Assembly (NCBI GenBank): GCA_002633005.1
Contig: NMRA01000421.1
Location: forward strand, 324,171 to 388,170
Source of the DNA: Phoronis australis
Lineage: Eukaryota > Animalia > Phoronida
DNA length: 64,000 bases
Direction: 5' to 3'
Part shown: positions 50,035-63,221 of the stretch, one piece after another
How the letters are laid out: the number at the start of each line of letters is the position of its first letter
Numbering within the stretch: the stretch's first letter is position 1
Notes under the pieces: generated by a model
Database searches by the model: none
Seen by the model: only the letters and a program-made list of their open reading frames with translations
Told to the model about the DNA's origin: nothing
Translations under genes and position numbers: made by a program

Positions 50035-51010
50035 ATAATAATAACAATAATGATATCATTTATTGTACATCGTACGCTTTGCCTACTCATACATAAACAC
50101 ATAAATTCAAATGTATATTCATAGTATTTACACGGAGAGTAGTTCTTCTCTTAAAGCCATAGCCTTCTGAATATACAATGCAAGACGCTGTATACTTTCG
50201 TGATTTTTCTGTTGGAATAACCTAACAAGAGAATAGTTAGCTATTCTAAGGTCTCCAAGAACAGGGCATCGACACATGAAATGAGGATCATCTTTAATTT
50301 CACCCAGACAGCATATGACGCATATTCTCTCACTTCTAGGAATACCCATATGCCTCCCTTTCTCTATATTAAGTGAGTGACCTGAACAGCGAAATTGCGC
50401 CAGTGTTCTTCTCGAATAAGCGCTTAAACAATGCACATATTGCTCGATAACAAGATCACGTTTAATAAGACGATAGAAGTCATATTTATTTGAGCTACCT
50501 ATTTCCATTCCTGTACGCCACAATCCAGTAATCTCTGCTTGAATACCATAATAAATTCAGCACTATTGCCTGGGCTAAATTACCACGCTTCTCCATAACA
50601 AAATTTCTTTGACACGGTGTGCCCAGTTACAATATTGCCGCTTTCGCCTATACTGCACTTCAGTGGGTACCTATGTTCTTCCATATCAAGTAATTTTGTC
50701 CAATAGATAATTGGTTTACACATATATTTTGTAATTAACAATTATCTCCCACATTCACCGCGAGCCATAGCCTTTGGCGTTTTATTACTCAGTCTCAGAA
50801 CATATTTACAGAAATCATTATGAACTTTTTCGATAGATTCACACATTGATGTTCCCCATATTTCTGCACCATATGTTAATATGGGCATTATCATAGAGTC
50901 AAAGAATTTAAAATGTACCCCATGGGAAATACAGTTAAGTTTTCACAGAGCGGCTTTAATAACGCTCATTGCTTTTCGAGCTTGACTTGCAAGTACTCTA
51001 CAGCACACAG
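50035..51010 (-). mobile_element. LINE ORF2 3' part (RTE group, RTEX/Proto2-like), decayed
   Basis: RVLASQARKA..FDSMIMPILTYGAEIWG ... FRCSGHSLNIEKGR..ERIC..C....D.PHF...CP; AATAAA and an (ATT)n-like tail. Confidence 0.88.
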
Positions 51011-51772
51011 ATGTTGGCGAAGTCTTGCTTTTTAGCGAGGTCCTAGCGTTACTGGACGGGAGGCAGGTCTCCCGAGAACCACACGAGTTACCATTACAAT
51101 ATCGCGAAAATCTCGTTTTGCGAGACTATTTTTAAGTAAATGAGTACGATAATATGTCATCCTTAAACTAATGAAACAAGGCATAGTTTTTATTTGTTCA
51201 TCCGCTGTCAAATAAGGATTTTCTACATACTCACACTTGTTTTCAGGTTAAGCGTATCAGTTGTGATGCTTTCTTTAAAACCGCAATTCATTTGCAAATT
51301 GTTTCTTTTCTTGATTATACTTGTTCAGGAAGTCACAAAGTGGCGCTTGCTACAGATTTAAATATTAAAGATTTTAATGAGACATAGCATCTTTAAGTTC
51401 ATGCAGTCTTCTCGTCGTTACTTTCTATGCCTACACGGTCAGTAGTGCATTGACCACAAGGATGACTGAGACGTATGGGGCCCGGAACCACAGTAGGACA
51501 AACAAGATGCAACTGTGCACGAGACATGTTAGCCGGACGTTGTAACATTTTGTTATATGACCGGAAAACATTATTTCGTAAAGCGTTCAACTACTTCAGG
51601 GTCGAGTACATATATATCAAAGGTTCCACGAAATTTGTTGTTTTCTGAAACCATGCATACGGTGTGAGACTTCCTGTTTTTACAATTAACTCCATTTTGA
51701 CTACAAAAATGAATGAAAATCGTCTCAACACTTTATGCTGAAGTGCGCAAATACTCAAAAAGGCAAACCTAC

Positions 51773-52265
51773 TTGTTCACTGGTGTCCCTGGGATGTGTT
51801 GTCAACTATAACATTGAGCATATTGGGCACTGAATCACTCATTACTCTGGAGGAGTAAAAATACAATATCAAAGTCGTAACATCTCACACGCTTTTAGCA
51901 CCTACTAACCTTAGTCTTGGGGCCCGGTTTTTCTCGTGCACGGAGGGACAGCTATGATGATAAATAGCTACAAACCTTTGCCAGGGAAAAAGTTACCTTT
52001 TAACGTCCATCCATGTGTATAAACGTATGACAAAGCAAAAGTGTGGCCACGCGACTTGAACAAGCTCATCAAAAGCGATTGGTGCGTTCGATAGTGGTCC
52101 CGACTGAAACCGCGAGAGACATGACTTGTCTACGTGAAACTGACGTCTAAACGTTGATTTCATGCCAAAGCAGTTTCAGTTTCAAGGAATCCAGAGACAC
52201 ACAGTCATTTCACTCACCTTCGAAATACGTTAATCGTAATGAAGACCAGCGACATAAAGAGGTCC
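51773..52265 (-). other. Chain of candidate spliced exons (52218-52265, 51997-52103, 51773-51846), function unknown
   Basis: Each has a pyrimidine-rich CAG acceptor and a GTGAGT, GTAACT or GTAGGT donor; no recognisable protein. Confidence 0.4.
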
Positions 52266-52709
52266 CTGAAATGAGACGGAAAACATTTGACAGTTCACCA
52301 CATCCTGAATCCTAACTCCGCATTACAGATCTGATTTTTCAAATAGTTACTGACCGTTTCATGGACGAATAAATTATTAATGCTCTGTTGTTGAATAAAG
52401 CAAACCATTCGCTACCTCACTGCGGTATTCCATAACGAGTGCATTAGACGTGGAGAGTAGATTACACGAATTGGTAATATGAAACGATGCGTCGTGATCC
52501 TGGGGTCGTCTATAAGAATTACCGAGGTCGAATTCACGTGGTGTTTTGGCCGGAGTGTTTTAGAAAAAGATAACACGCTTGTTGCTTGTGTGGATGAATA
52601 CATGTCACGATTTAACAATTAAAATTGTTGTTTAAAGAGGTCATTGATTGTTAAGACAGGCGGACATGACAGCAATACACGATAAATATGATACTCTCAA
52701 CGTGACTTG

Positions 52710-54206
52710 ACAATTAATCGCTTTAAAAATGTTTTACAGAAAAATGTTTCACCCATAGCTAAAAGCTAGCGCCCGTGGCTTCACTGAAGTTTGGCACTAT
52801 ATGTTTCCGTGTTATAGGATTGTACCCATGAATTGTCACAAGACAAAACTAAACTGTGTACGTGAACTGCTTTCCACCCGTCATTGATCCGTAACACTTG
52901 AAATTTCATTTTTCTTCAGGGTGCGTGCAGAGTGAAGTTCATGCGCCCACCCCATTTGGCGGAGTGGGCCAAAAGGTCCACCCAGAGAAATAAAAAGTTC
53001 GAGAAAACGAGACAAAAGTGCACTACTGAAAAAACGCAGACGCACAGTTCACAGTTGTGAATGTGGTACCCCGTTTTTTAGCCCTCTCGATTTCTTTTCC
53101 GTAAAAGGTCCACATCGATAGAAATTCGAGCCCCCCCCCCATTTTGAAGGCTGGGTGCGCGCATGAAGTTGGAACAGCCGTGTGTACATATATAACCTAA
53201 CTTAGCTTATACCCATTAACCCGAACACACTTGAAATGTTTCGCCGAAACTACAGACAATCACACAAAAATTGAAGAAACTGGAGTGTAGTGAACAAAAG
53301 GTGTCCTTTTCCGCTCCTGCTAAGGAATCTTACTCGTGCCTACACACGCTCGACAGGAATTTATTAAAGTTACCGTTTAGCACAATATTTTGCCGTTGCC
53401 AAACAAACTGTGATAGAAGGGCCACATACCATGAGAGTAGCGTTTACAGACCTTGCTACATNACAATTAATCTCTTTAAAAATGTTTTACAGAAAAATGT
53501 TTCACCCATAGCTAAAAGCTAGCGCCCGTGGCTTCAGAAGTTTGGCACTATATGTTTCCGTGTTATAGGATTGTACCCATGAATTGTCACAAGACAAAAC
53601 TAAACTGTGTACGTGAACTGCTTTCCACCCGTCATTGATCCATAACAAAATTTCATTTTTCTTCAGGGTGCGTGCAGAGTAAAGTTCATGCGCCCACCCC
53701 ATTTGGCGGAGTGGGCCAAAAGGTTCACCCAGAGAAACAAAAAGTTCAAGAAAACGAGACAAAAGTGCACTACTGAAAAAACGCAGACGCACAGTTCACA
53801 GTTGTGAATGTGGTACCCCGTTTTTTAGCCCTCTCGATTTCTTTTCCGCAAAAGGTCCACATCGATAGAAATTCGAGCCCCCCCATTTTGAAGGCTGGGT
53901 GCGCGCATGAAGTTGGAACAGCCGTGTGTACATATATAACCTAACTTAGCTTATACCCATTAACCCGAACACACTTGAAATGTTTCGCCAAAACTACAGA
54001 CAATCACACAAAAATTGAAGAAACTGGAGTGTAGTGAACAAAAGGTGTACCTTTTCCGCTCCTGCTAAGGAATCTTACTTGTGCCTACACACGCTCGACA
54101 GGAATTTATTAAAGTTACCGTTTAGCACAATATTTTGCCGTTGCCAAACAAACTGTGATAGAAGGGCCACATACCATGAGAGTAGCGTTTACAGACCTTG
54201 CTACAT
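52710..54206. repeat. ~750-bp tandem pair joined by a single N (52710-53461 / 53463-54206); probable haplotype artefact
   Basis: Near-identical copies; junction at N53462. Confidence 0.9.
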
Positions 54207-56713
54207 CAAGATTATCCTAGGCGAGATGTCTTACCCCAGCCACTGTCAAGCAGCAAGTCATAAAGACATGCACAAGTTAATTGAGCATCTGAATCTTTGT
54301 TAGAAAGTACTGGACCTTTACATATTTCCGCCAGTTAAGGTTTATAACACTGGAAACACACATGGCATGGTGTCGCATTGTGTACAAGTGATACTGGTTT
54401 GTGGGGTGTAATTTGTGAACGCTGAAGTCATGCCAACCTTTCAGATAGACGGATACGTCACTCTACAACGGATTGCGAGACGATGGGAGATAAAAGTCAA
54501 AATGACTTCACGTGTGGCGTCACCGTGCGCAAGTTGTGCCTATCTTATCAACCGCGCCCATTATCTTTGCCAACTGATACTCAATAATATAAAAAATAAA
54601 TTACTCGTTAAGAAGCATTATTTTGATTATAGAACACAAAAATTCAACGAGACTAAGATTGTTTTCTTTTTCCAATCGTTTTCTGTCTTTGCAATATACG
54701 AAGTCATGCATGAGACCATTGTTTTTTACGCCTGGCTTAAATTGTGGGGATGCAAATCATCCAACCACTGAAAATAGAGGATATGCAGGTCCATCCAACA
54801 GGTGGCGTAGATGACGGTAGTCTTGCACCAGTACACTCTTTCACACTGCTACGAAAGGTAACACTGTCAAATGTTTAACATGGCTTTCTCAAGTAATGAA
54901 ACTGACGTCATAACATTCAGTCATTCCCATTGGTTGAAATCTGGGAAACCCTTTTCAGTTTACTGACTTGAACACTTGCAATTTATTAAAACGGATAGTG
55001 ATCGAAGTAAACAAAATCAAGAGAACCCCGATCCAGTGGCTTAGTAAACCTGAACAAGTACCACAGTGCATATATGCGTGTGCAAGTGGTAGCGATGTGA
55101 TCGGTATACTTCCGACCAAGGCATGCATTGATGCCCTCACACCATTCCGCGTGTCGTTCATCAGGTTTCCACAGGGCCACAGGCTTTTCAGCATAGGTGG
55201 CGCTGTGTCACTGAGAGGTCATCGTTAGCATCCAGTCTCCAACGTGTGATAGCATAAGAGCGTTAGCATACCTAACATCTGGTTTTTTATTGGTCAATCT
55301 GTGTATTTAAATCAGCTGAACATGAAAGGCTTGCTTTTACAACTTTAGCAGGTGTCATTTGAATCAAACCGGATATTTCCGATGAAGCACCCATCATTAG
55401 AACGCACCCACGGTCGCTTTTTTAGAAATAACCTTTTTTCACTTTTTGGTACTTAAAATGTCTCTTTTATACATACGTTGGCAATTTTAGGTTGACAAAT
55501 AACCCTTAATTTGCTTTATGGCATCCAAAACCACAGACGACATTTGAAATCTTACTGTTACACACATTTCTAGCCCGATGGCTAGTGTTGATGTAATGCT
55601 AATAGAGACCTTGGATGCGAGACTAGGATGACAGATATTCCACAAAGCGTAACGCGTTCTCCAGAGGAGTTTTTTTCATAACCACAGTCCTTTCCTGGGT
55701 TATATTTTCTTTCTCATGCACCCGAATTCTTTGCAAGAAACACGCCTTTTTTCACAAAGCGCAGTCTGGGTTCTTTTCTGTCCAACACGTTCTCGTGTTC
55801 AGTGTATGTATCTTCCTTTTGAATTATTGTCATTAACGTGTTACTCGAAAGAAAATGTGAGTCGCGTAAGTAAACAACTGATGAGAAAGAAACTATAGTT
55901 CATGAGAAAACGACGTGTTTATTAAAGTAGAACACTGGTAATGAGAACACTGGTGCGATTTTTGAAGGATGAGGGATGGCTAGGCACTGCTCAGCCGTGA
56001 AACGAAATTAGTACTTACGTGCGTAGCTGAACTCGCCGTGCAGATGACTGGCGTGGCAACCCGAAAGAGACTTAACTTGCTCATCAATTTGAATTTCCTG
56101 ATTTCAAAGGCCAAGTACAATCATTTCAACAGAGCTATACTTTTAGGAGACGGGATTAGCAAGTTGAACGGTTTCTACGTATACGAAACACTCAAGGGCA
56201 GAATTTATCTTCGATTTCTAATTCCAGATGTTTAGTCGGTCATCAATACTGGGCCGTATCACTATTGCTGTCAAATTCAAATCTTCATGTAAACTTTTTG
56301 TCAACAATGGTTGTGATAGCGTTAATGAGAACGCACCTTCTGACTGAAAGTCTTGACTACTTAGGCCAAGTTGTCATCTTCAAAATCCGTCCAGATGTGA
56401 GGGTTAATGTTGACTCACGCATCTACTGCTAAGACTTTATTTCAACAAAGAAAGTTCGTCAGAGGTAGTAAGCCTACTTGCAAAGCGGCGACTTTTGGTG
56501 TTTAACCAACATTTTGAAACGGTACTAGCTGGGGTATCTGCTCCGATAACATGACAATACTATCATTGACTGCAGCTTCTCAGTTTTCTTACCACACTAG
56601 TATTTGTGCCTATGTACCAACACAAATATCTGAAATAAGGGGTTTTCATCAAGAAGCTATCACTGCTTTAAATAAGGTGTGTGAAAAATTTCAATTTCGG
56701 TGCATGTAGGTCT

Positions 56714-56821
56714 ATGTGTATCTTTTGTCACTTTGATACAAAACTGAATACTTGTAAACATGTATCCTTTTGTAATTTTGATACAATACTGAATACTTGT
56801 AAATATAATATATCCTTTTGC
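56714..56821. repeat. ~44-bp tandem repeat, ~2.5 copies
   Basis: TATCCTTTTG..TTTGATACAA.ACTGAATACTTGTAAA repeated. Confidence 0.8.
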
Positions 56822-57369
56822 AATGAATAAAACAACCTTTCCCATCAGTCTATGTTTTTCAAAAATTTGCTCTTTGATCAGGTGTTCAGCATGACACACA
56901 ATAGACGCAGCTTCACAGAGGCTAATAGTTACTTCCTACTACGACTTGTGAAAAGTAAATCATTCTCGGAGGCGTTTTAAAGGGCAATCTTTCCTTCATT
57001 AAACAATGTTTCATTTGCGTTCATTGACCTATTGAGACACCTCACAACTATAATGATCGGAAACTACGGGGTAGATTTTAAGCATCGGGAAGGACAAATT
57101 CAACAGTGTTGCAGACAAGAGGTTTCGCCGCCTCCCGATTTTGGAACATAAAGGGACATTTTTCGAGTTCGTTGCCTAAAACGCCGCCTTTCATGTCAAC
57201 AGGTGAAATCTTATGGTGCTTTCCTATTAGGAGAACTTAATAAAAAGCTTTTTTTACCTTTCCGACTAGACAGCGATATCGAAGTTATCGCTAAATGGCG
57301 ATTCAATCATGGGAGTAGACACCAGACGGTGCAGTTTATTCGTACCATACTCTCAAAAGAATATTGCCA

Positions 57370-58445
57370 GCTCGCTGGTTCCCCACGTGCCGTGCCAGTA
57401 GCTAGCTGGTCCCTGCGTGTAGAGATCACACGCAGTTACCACGCGCTTCATATCACTGGTTGATGTAACTTCGGCAGTCATTGGTTAGCTTTACAACAAA
57501 TAGAGAAAATGGCGGACTATGATTCTAGCCTTGTCATGTAAAATGCGTAGCAGCAACTATTTCGCTTCTGCAGTAATGTTTAATAGCCGCGTGCTTGAAG
57601 CACATACATGTACAATTAAGACACATTAACTGTATGGAAACAGGACAGCAACGTAAGCAAAGTCAGAGACAGTAGAACTCCGAAAAGGCGCAGCCACAAT
57701 TTTCTGGGATTCACATTTCATGGACATGAATTTCAAGCACCGATTTGTCTGTAACAGACAACATTTACACTTCCTCCATCAGTCATGCCAGTTTTGTTTG
57801 CGTAAAGCGCTACTTGTTGATGAATTCTACCAGCCAATCAGAAACGCCGGTGTAAAAAAAGTCCTGAGGAAAACTAAATGAAACACAATGAGATTATTGG
57901 GTATCACTTTATCCTCGATAATTTTTTTACACCGGCGTTTCTGATTGGCTAGTCGAATTCTCAACAGGCAGCGCTTTACGCAAACAAACTGGCATGACTG
58001 ATTTACTGAAGTGTAAATGGTCTGTTGTACCGACAAATCGGTGCTTAAAATTTATGCTCAGGAAATGCGAAGCCTAGAAATTGTGATTGCGACTTTTCGG
58101 AATGCATCATTCTACTGTCGATGACTTTTAATTGTTTACGATAGTGTCAACCTGTATTCATACAGTATGAATAACACACCGGTTAAATCGGCCAGATATG
58201 TGTTTATTGTACATGTGTGTGCTTCAAGAACGCGGCTATTAAACACCACTGCAAAAACGAAATAGTTGCATGCTGCGACGCAACTTGCATGACAAGGCTA
58301 AAAATCGTTCACAGTCCGCCATTTTTTCACAGTGTTGTAAAGCTAACCAATGACTGCCGAGGTTACATCGACCAAACAAAGCGCGTGCCACTGCGTGATA
58401 CCTGCGTGCTGACTAGGCTGAAGCACGCAGGGAACCAGCGAGGGC
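57370..58445. mobile_element. Large foldback element: ~500-bp imperfect inverted arms, ~55-bp spacer
   Basis: AGCCAATCAGAAACGCCGGTGTAAAAAAA / TTTTTTTACACCGGCGTTTCTGATTGGCT at the centre; matching blocks extend out to CTCGCTGGTTCCC / GGGAACCAGCGAG. Confidence 0.85.
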
Positions 58446-61273
58446 CCACCTGTCGCACTTGCTGCACTTGATTGACTACGCCGGTTCCGCTGCATCAATC
58501 AGCTGAGACATCGGATTGGTTAATAGGCCGAAAGCTGTTATCAACAACCAATCAGATGTCTCAAATGGTTTACAAGGAAAAACTGGTGAAGAACATCAGT
58601 GTTTACCTGCACTACGATAAATGTCGCGCTTCCCATCCCTGCGACTCGAGCGTTCTACAAAGAAGATACGAAAGACAAAAGTGCGCGGCTACCAACATTC
58701 CAAAAGCTGGACGTTAAGATTTATTTGTGCAATGGATTGTGGAGATGAAACTGGATAAAAAGAGTTTTTCAATCTTCATTATGAAATTGTCAGTACAATA
58801 AATATACATACACAGAAAGTGCCGACAGGCATGTACAAAGAAATATAAAAATTATACACAAATACATGAGTAAAATGTTAGGATTACAATGACATGGTAA
58901 TGAATATATATGAATCATTTTCATTCACAATAAATAATTTCACATGTACACAATTTATCTACTCACACAAAGAGTTTACTCACACGGACTCACACAGAGA
59001 TTTAATATTAAAAAAGAATTTTGTAACTATTTCGAATAAAATCTCATTTTCATTTATGTCGAGCTCCAATTTACATTCAGTTAGAAAAAAAAGATCTGAA
59101 TATTTTTGTAAACATTGTCATATCGTTCGAGTGTCTGGACAAGTACCGCCCTCTGCTCCCAACATACCGCACAGGCAAGCAACGAAAATATGAGCATTTG
59201 TCGGACTGTCTCCACAGAAAAAGAGTGGATGAAATATTTAAAAAAAACACTGGGGTAATTGCCATGGCTTTGTAGAAAATTACGAGGCAGCACCAAACCC
59301 AGTAAAAGATTTTGATGTGGAGATGTCAGTCAACTACACGGCTGTCAAAGAGCACTTGGAAATTTGGCCTATATGAACTCGGTGAAGGTGAGTTGGAATA
59401 CATGCGATTATTCTTTGCTAGTGTTAAAACTCTCATATCAAAGATTTCGTCACAACTAGACATTTGTAGTTAATAACACTATCCACTTAGCTCAGTACTC
59501 AAAGACAGTACTCACTTTCTCTCCAAATGAAATACGGATTATAATGTCCAACTGTGTGTCTATTAATTTTGGTATACTTTGATATTGTTTTGTTGGTACC
59601 AAAACTATGCACACTATTTTGTTATATTGGGGTTTCTTACATTGCTGGTGCATTTTTGGGCTCATAAGTACCGGTAGTTATGTGCTGATTTATGTTGCTA
59701 GTGACCCCATGATGGCAGCCATACAGGTTTGCATAAGTGCCCCAGTCCAAGACTGTTAATTAAAGATATCCCTGTTTCCAAGATAAACTACCCTGACTGT
59801 CAGAACCCAAAAGAGGTCACACATGGATAAAATTTGTATGCTGTAGGATACGTTTTTCTACTTTGCCTGACAGTTAATCATAACCTAATACTACGCAAAA
59901 CAGCAAATTTACCATATCTGTACAAAAAACTAAACTGTTACTAATATGTGTATTCCTCTATTTCAGACAACCACAGTAACTTTACAGTCAGAACTGAAGA
60001 TGATGGGCACCGGAAAACAGTTCTAAGATAAGCTTAGTGGGTTCAAAAGTCTCAAACAGGCGAAAGCAAAAAAGGTATTGAATCCTAAGACATCTGAGTA
60101 ACGTTCAGTAGGCATATACAAAACAAATCAAGATCGTACAAGTCTTTGTGACACTTTGCCATACATTTTAAGTGAAGTAGGTGATGTCGCTGAAGTACAA
60201 TCATGTTGTTAAAGCTAGATTCAAATGTAAAACAGCATCATGATTAGTTTGATATTCTTACTTGTTTCCCCATCACGAAATCTAGAGCTTATTCTACATG
60301 TATTATAGACTGATCACGCATACAGTCAAAATGTACAGACCAAGCAAGTCACTGGATGGAAAAAACGAGGATGTGAAGAATCAATATGCATGCAAGAAGT
60401 TTTTGGTTTTCCAGGACCAATATCAGCATTCTATTAACCTTCACTTTCAGCAGAACCTATGTATGGCAATAAAATTTTTAAAAAATGGTAAGCCAAAACC
60501 AATTGCGATAAATCTTCTCTCATCATTTACATAGTGGAGCATGACATGTCATACATAGCAACCAAGTATAATTAAAGTCCTATATAGTGTTAATTACGTA
60601 ATGTCGAGTCAAATCAAAACACATTTCTAACTACATTAGCCTCAATGACCAAACACCGAATTTCATTCAGCCACAGGGCAGTTTAAACATGTTTCGAAAT
60701 TGTGAAAGTTCATCAGCATTCAGTATTGAGACATACTCTGAAAACACAAAACCAAAATGAACGTTTTTTAAGAATATGCATTGTGTGCGTTTAAGAGATT
60801 ACATCAGCCAATACAAACTTGGTTTGCTCTAGTCTGAAGTTTCTGATTTTAACTTGATGTCATACCTGGCTATGTAATAGTACAACAGATTCACTAGCTA
60901 CATTTTCCATAGTCATCTTTTATCCAACTACCATCTCGACCACAATGCATATAATATCACAGAGAAAAGATGTCAGAGGCCCTTCGCAACGACTTGATGT
61001 TTCCTAACTAGGAGCAAATATGTGTTGAAAAATACATAAAATTTTGTTGATCTGCCAATACCAGAATAATATTCAGCTCATGACATGAACAAGGTAATAA
61101 TAATTTCAATATTGCAGGAGTGTCCCCTGCTGCTCATCACTTTCAAAATATTCTAATCAAAGAACCATGAGATTTTTAGGTTTGCAAAAATGATCACGCT
61201 TAACCAATCTTGAAATATTGCCGGCATTCTAAGACGATGCTCAACATTGAGCTTGAAACCAAGTCGCATTTGG

Positions 61274-63221
61274 CTACTTGCTGAAAATCCCAGGTCGCCA
61301 AAGGAAACCTGACGTCGTCCAAAACTGATGTTTGTCATCAGAATAGTTGGCTAAAAAGGTTATGCCATACTCCGTTCTTGGTAACTTACGTCGCATATCC
61401 AGAATGTATTTGTTCATATACACTGTAGGTGCTAGTTTCAATCATATTCCATGATTATCGCCAACTTTCACCGGTTTACTTCCTTATGTAATTTTAACGC
61501 AAGTTTGACAAGTGCTAACTGCTGTGGTGGCAAATGCACTGATTTCATGAAATAAACGAAACAATTGTAAACAAAGGTATCAAATCTAAGAAAACTGTTT
61601 GTAATGAGATACAGCGTCAAGTTGCTGTTTGTTAAAAAAACATTTCTCATAGCGTCTTAAGGGACCTTCATTCCTAAATACAATTATTTTGGTTTTCTTT
61701 AAATTCACAGCCATACCCCATGAATCACAATAATCATTGAGACAATTCAACATGTGTTGCAAGTTTGACGCTGTTAGAGAGAACAAAACCATGTCATCTG
61801 CATATAATAGTGAATTAATATTTGTAGCATGTTCATCTAAAGAGATGCTATTTATATCACAACGTGAATTGAGTTTTTCTAAAAACTCATTGAGATACAA
61901 AACAAACTGTAGAGGGCTTATCATACAGCCTTGTCGAGTACCAATAGTGCAATTAAATAAGTCTGTTAAACCATCACGTGTTTTAACACATGATCTCAAC
62001 TTGCTATACATTGATCGCAGAATTGATAAGATATTACCATGAACATTAATTTGCATAAGTCTATGAAAAAGTGAAATATGTGGTATCCAATCAAAAGCTT
62101 TTGAAAAGTCAATAAATACACAATAGAACTTGACACCCTTTTTTCTTATGTGTTTCTGACATATCGCATATGAAAAAAATATGATCCACAGTCGCGTAAC
62201 CTTTGCGGAACCCTGCTTGGTCTTCAATAAGTTGACCATTACGTTTAGCCCAGTTGTACAATCGGTTATTCAGTATTCTGGTAAAGAGCTTCCCAATAGC
62301 CGAAAAAAGCGAAATACCTCTATAATTATTCTCATCGTCAAAGTTTCCTTGTTTAAACAACGGAACTAACATCGCCAAGCCTGGGGAGAGGACCTGACTG
62401 GAAAATTACATTGAACAACTTATGCAGAATCGGCGAAATGAATGTTTTGGTACATTTTAACATTTCGAAAGTAACTCCATCAATACCAGCGGCCTTGCCA
62501 TATGGGAGCTGATCAATATCCTGGATAATTTCATAACACGAAATGTCTGCATTTAAATCATGTTGTATAATGTGGGTACACGACGTAGCACTTAGGCGGG
62601 CCTAGCCAAGCTGCCGAAGGCAGCGCAGGCACGGCAGGACGTACATGTAGCACTTAGGCGAGCCCAGCCAAGCTGCCGAAGGCAGCGCGGGCACGGCACG
62701 ACGGAGCACTTAGGCGGGCCCAGCCAAGCTGCCGAAGACGGCGCAGGCACGGCACGACGTAGCACTATTTTGAAAACTTGAAAACGCAAATTTTCATCAC
62801 AGTAGAAACCTTAGAGTTGTTAGAAAACTCAAGTTTTCCACACATGAAAAACTCCAGTTTTCTGAAAAACTTCAGAAGTCAAGAAAACTTAAATTTCTAT
62901 AATTGGAAAAGCTAACGTTTGCGAAAACCTTAAGAAGTCAGGAAAACTTAAGTTTTTGTCGAAAAACTTAAGTTCATTTTTGTAAGGGAATTGCCACCAT
63001 TATTTTGTTCAAAATAATATGAATATAAGAAGCATATTTGCAACTTCGTTTAGTATTTTTGAAGTCCTACCTTAATTTGTTCAAAGCAATGTTGCAATGT
63101 CCTATTGCACGCTGGTTGATCTTCAGGGTGAAACAATGACCACAACGTAAGCAGAAATTATGACCGCACTTAGTGAGTATGAGTTCGAGATCACGCTGGG
63201 TTTGTTTAACGTCAAAGCTGA
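61274..63221 (-). CDS. 3' end of a putative second C2-domain-like gene (exons 63071-63221, 61390-61422, 61274-61280)
   Basis: Phase-compatible GT-AG exons give SFDVKQTQRDLELILTKCGHNFCLRCGHCFTLKINQRAIGHCNIALNKLSVYEQIHSGYATK*. F.FDV...LEL and IG...I.L..L fit the last strands of a C2 domain. A long UTR-like AT-rich region follows (~58700-61270). Confidence 0.5.
61590..62575 (-). mobile_element. LINE reverse-transcriptase fragment (RTE group), frameshifted
   Basis: KAAGIDG, VPLFKQG...NYRGISL, QAGFRKG, FIDFSKAFD, GTRQGCMISP, LLYADD, VNLKKTKI. Confidence 0.93.
62580..62766. repeat. GC-rich ~56-62-bp minisatellite with a GCTGCC-GAA-GGCAGC hairpin; followed by GAAAACTT-rich array to ~62975
   Basis: Units start at 62585, 62647, 62703 and 62759. 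Confidence 0.88.

Noticed and set aside
60685-60720. Hammerhead-like CTGATGA...GAAACATGTT on the minus strand
   Set aside because: Stem II cannot pair and stem I is essentially absent; chance or fully decayed.
62585-62766. CRISPR-like array of palindromic repeats
   Set aside because: Units are contiguous with no unique spacers, no cas genes, and a eukaryotic context.
63135-63175. RING finger call for CGHNFCLRC
   Set aside because: It matches the RING C-x-H-x-F-C-xx-C core, but the upstream and downstream CxxC pairs are missing and the flanks fit a C2 fold better.
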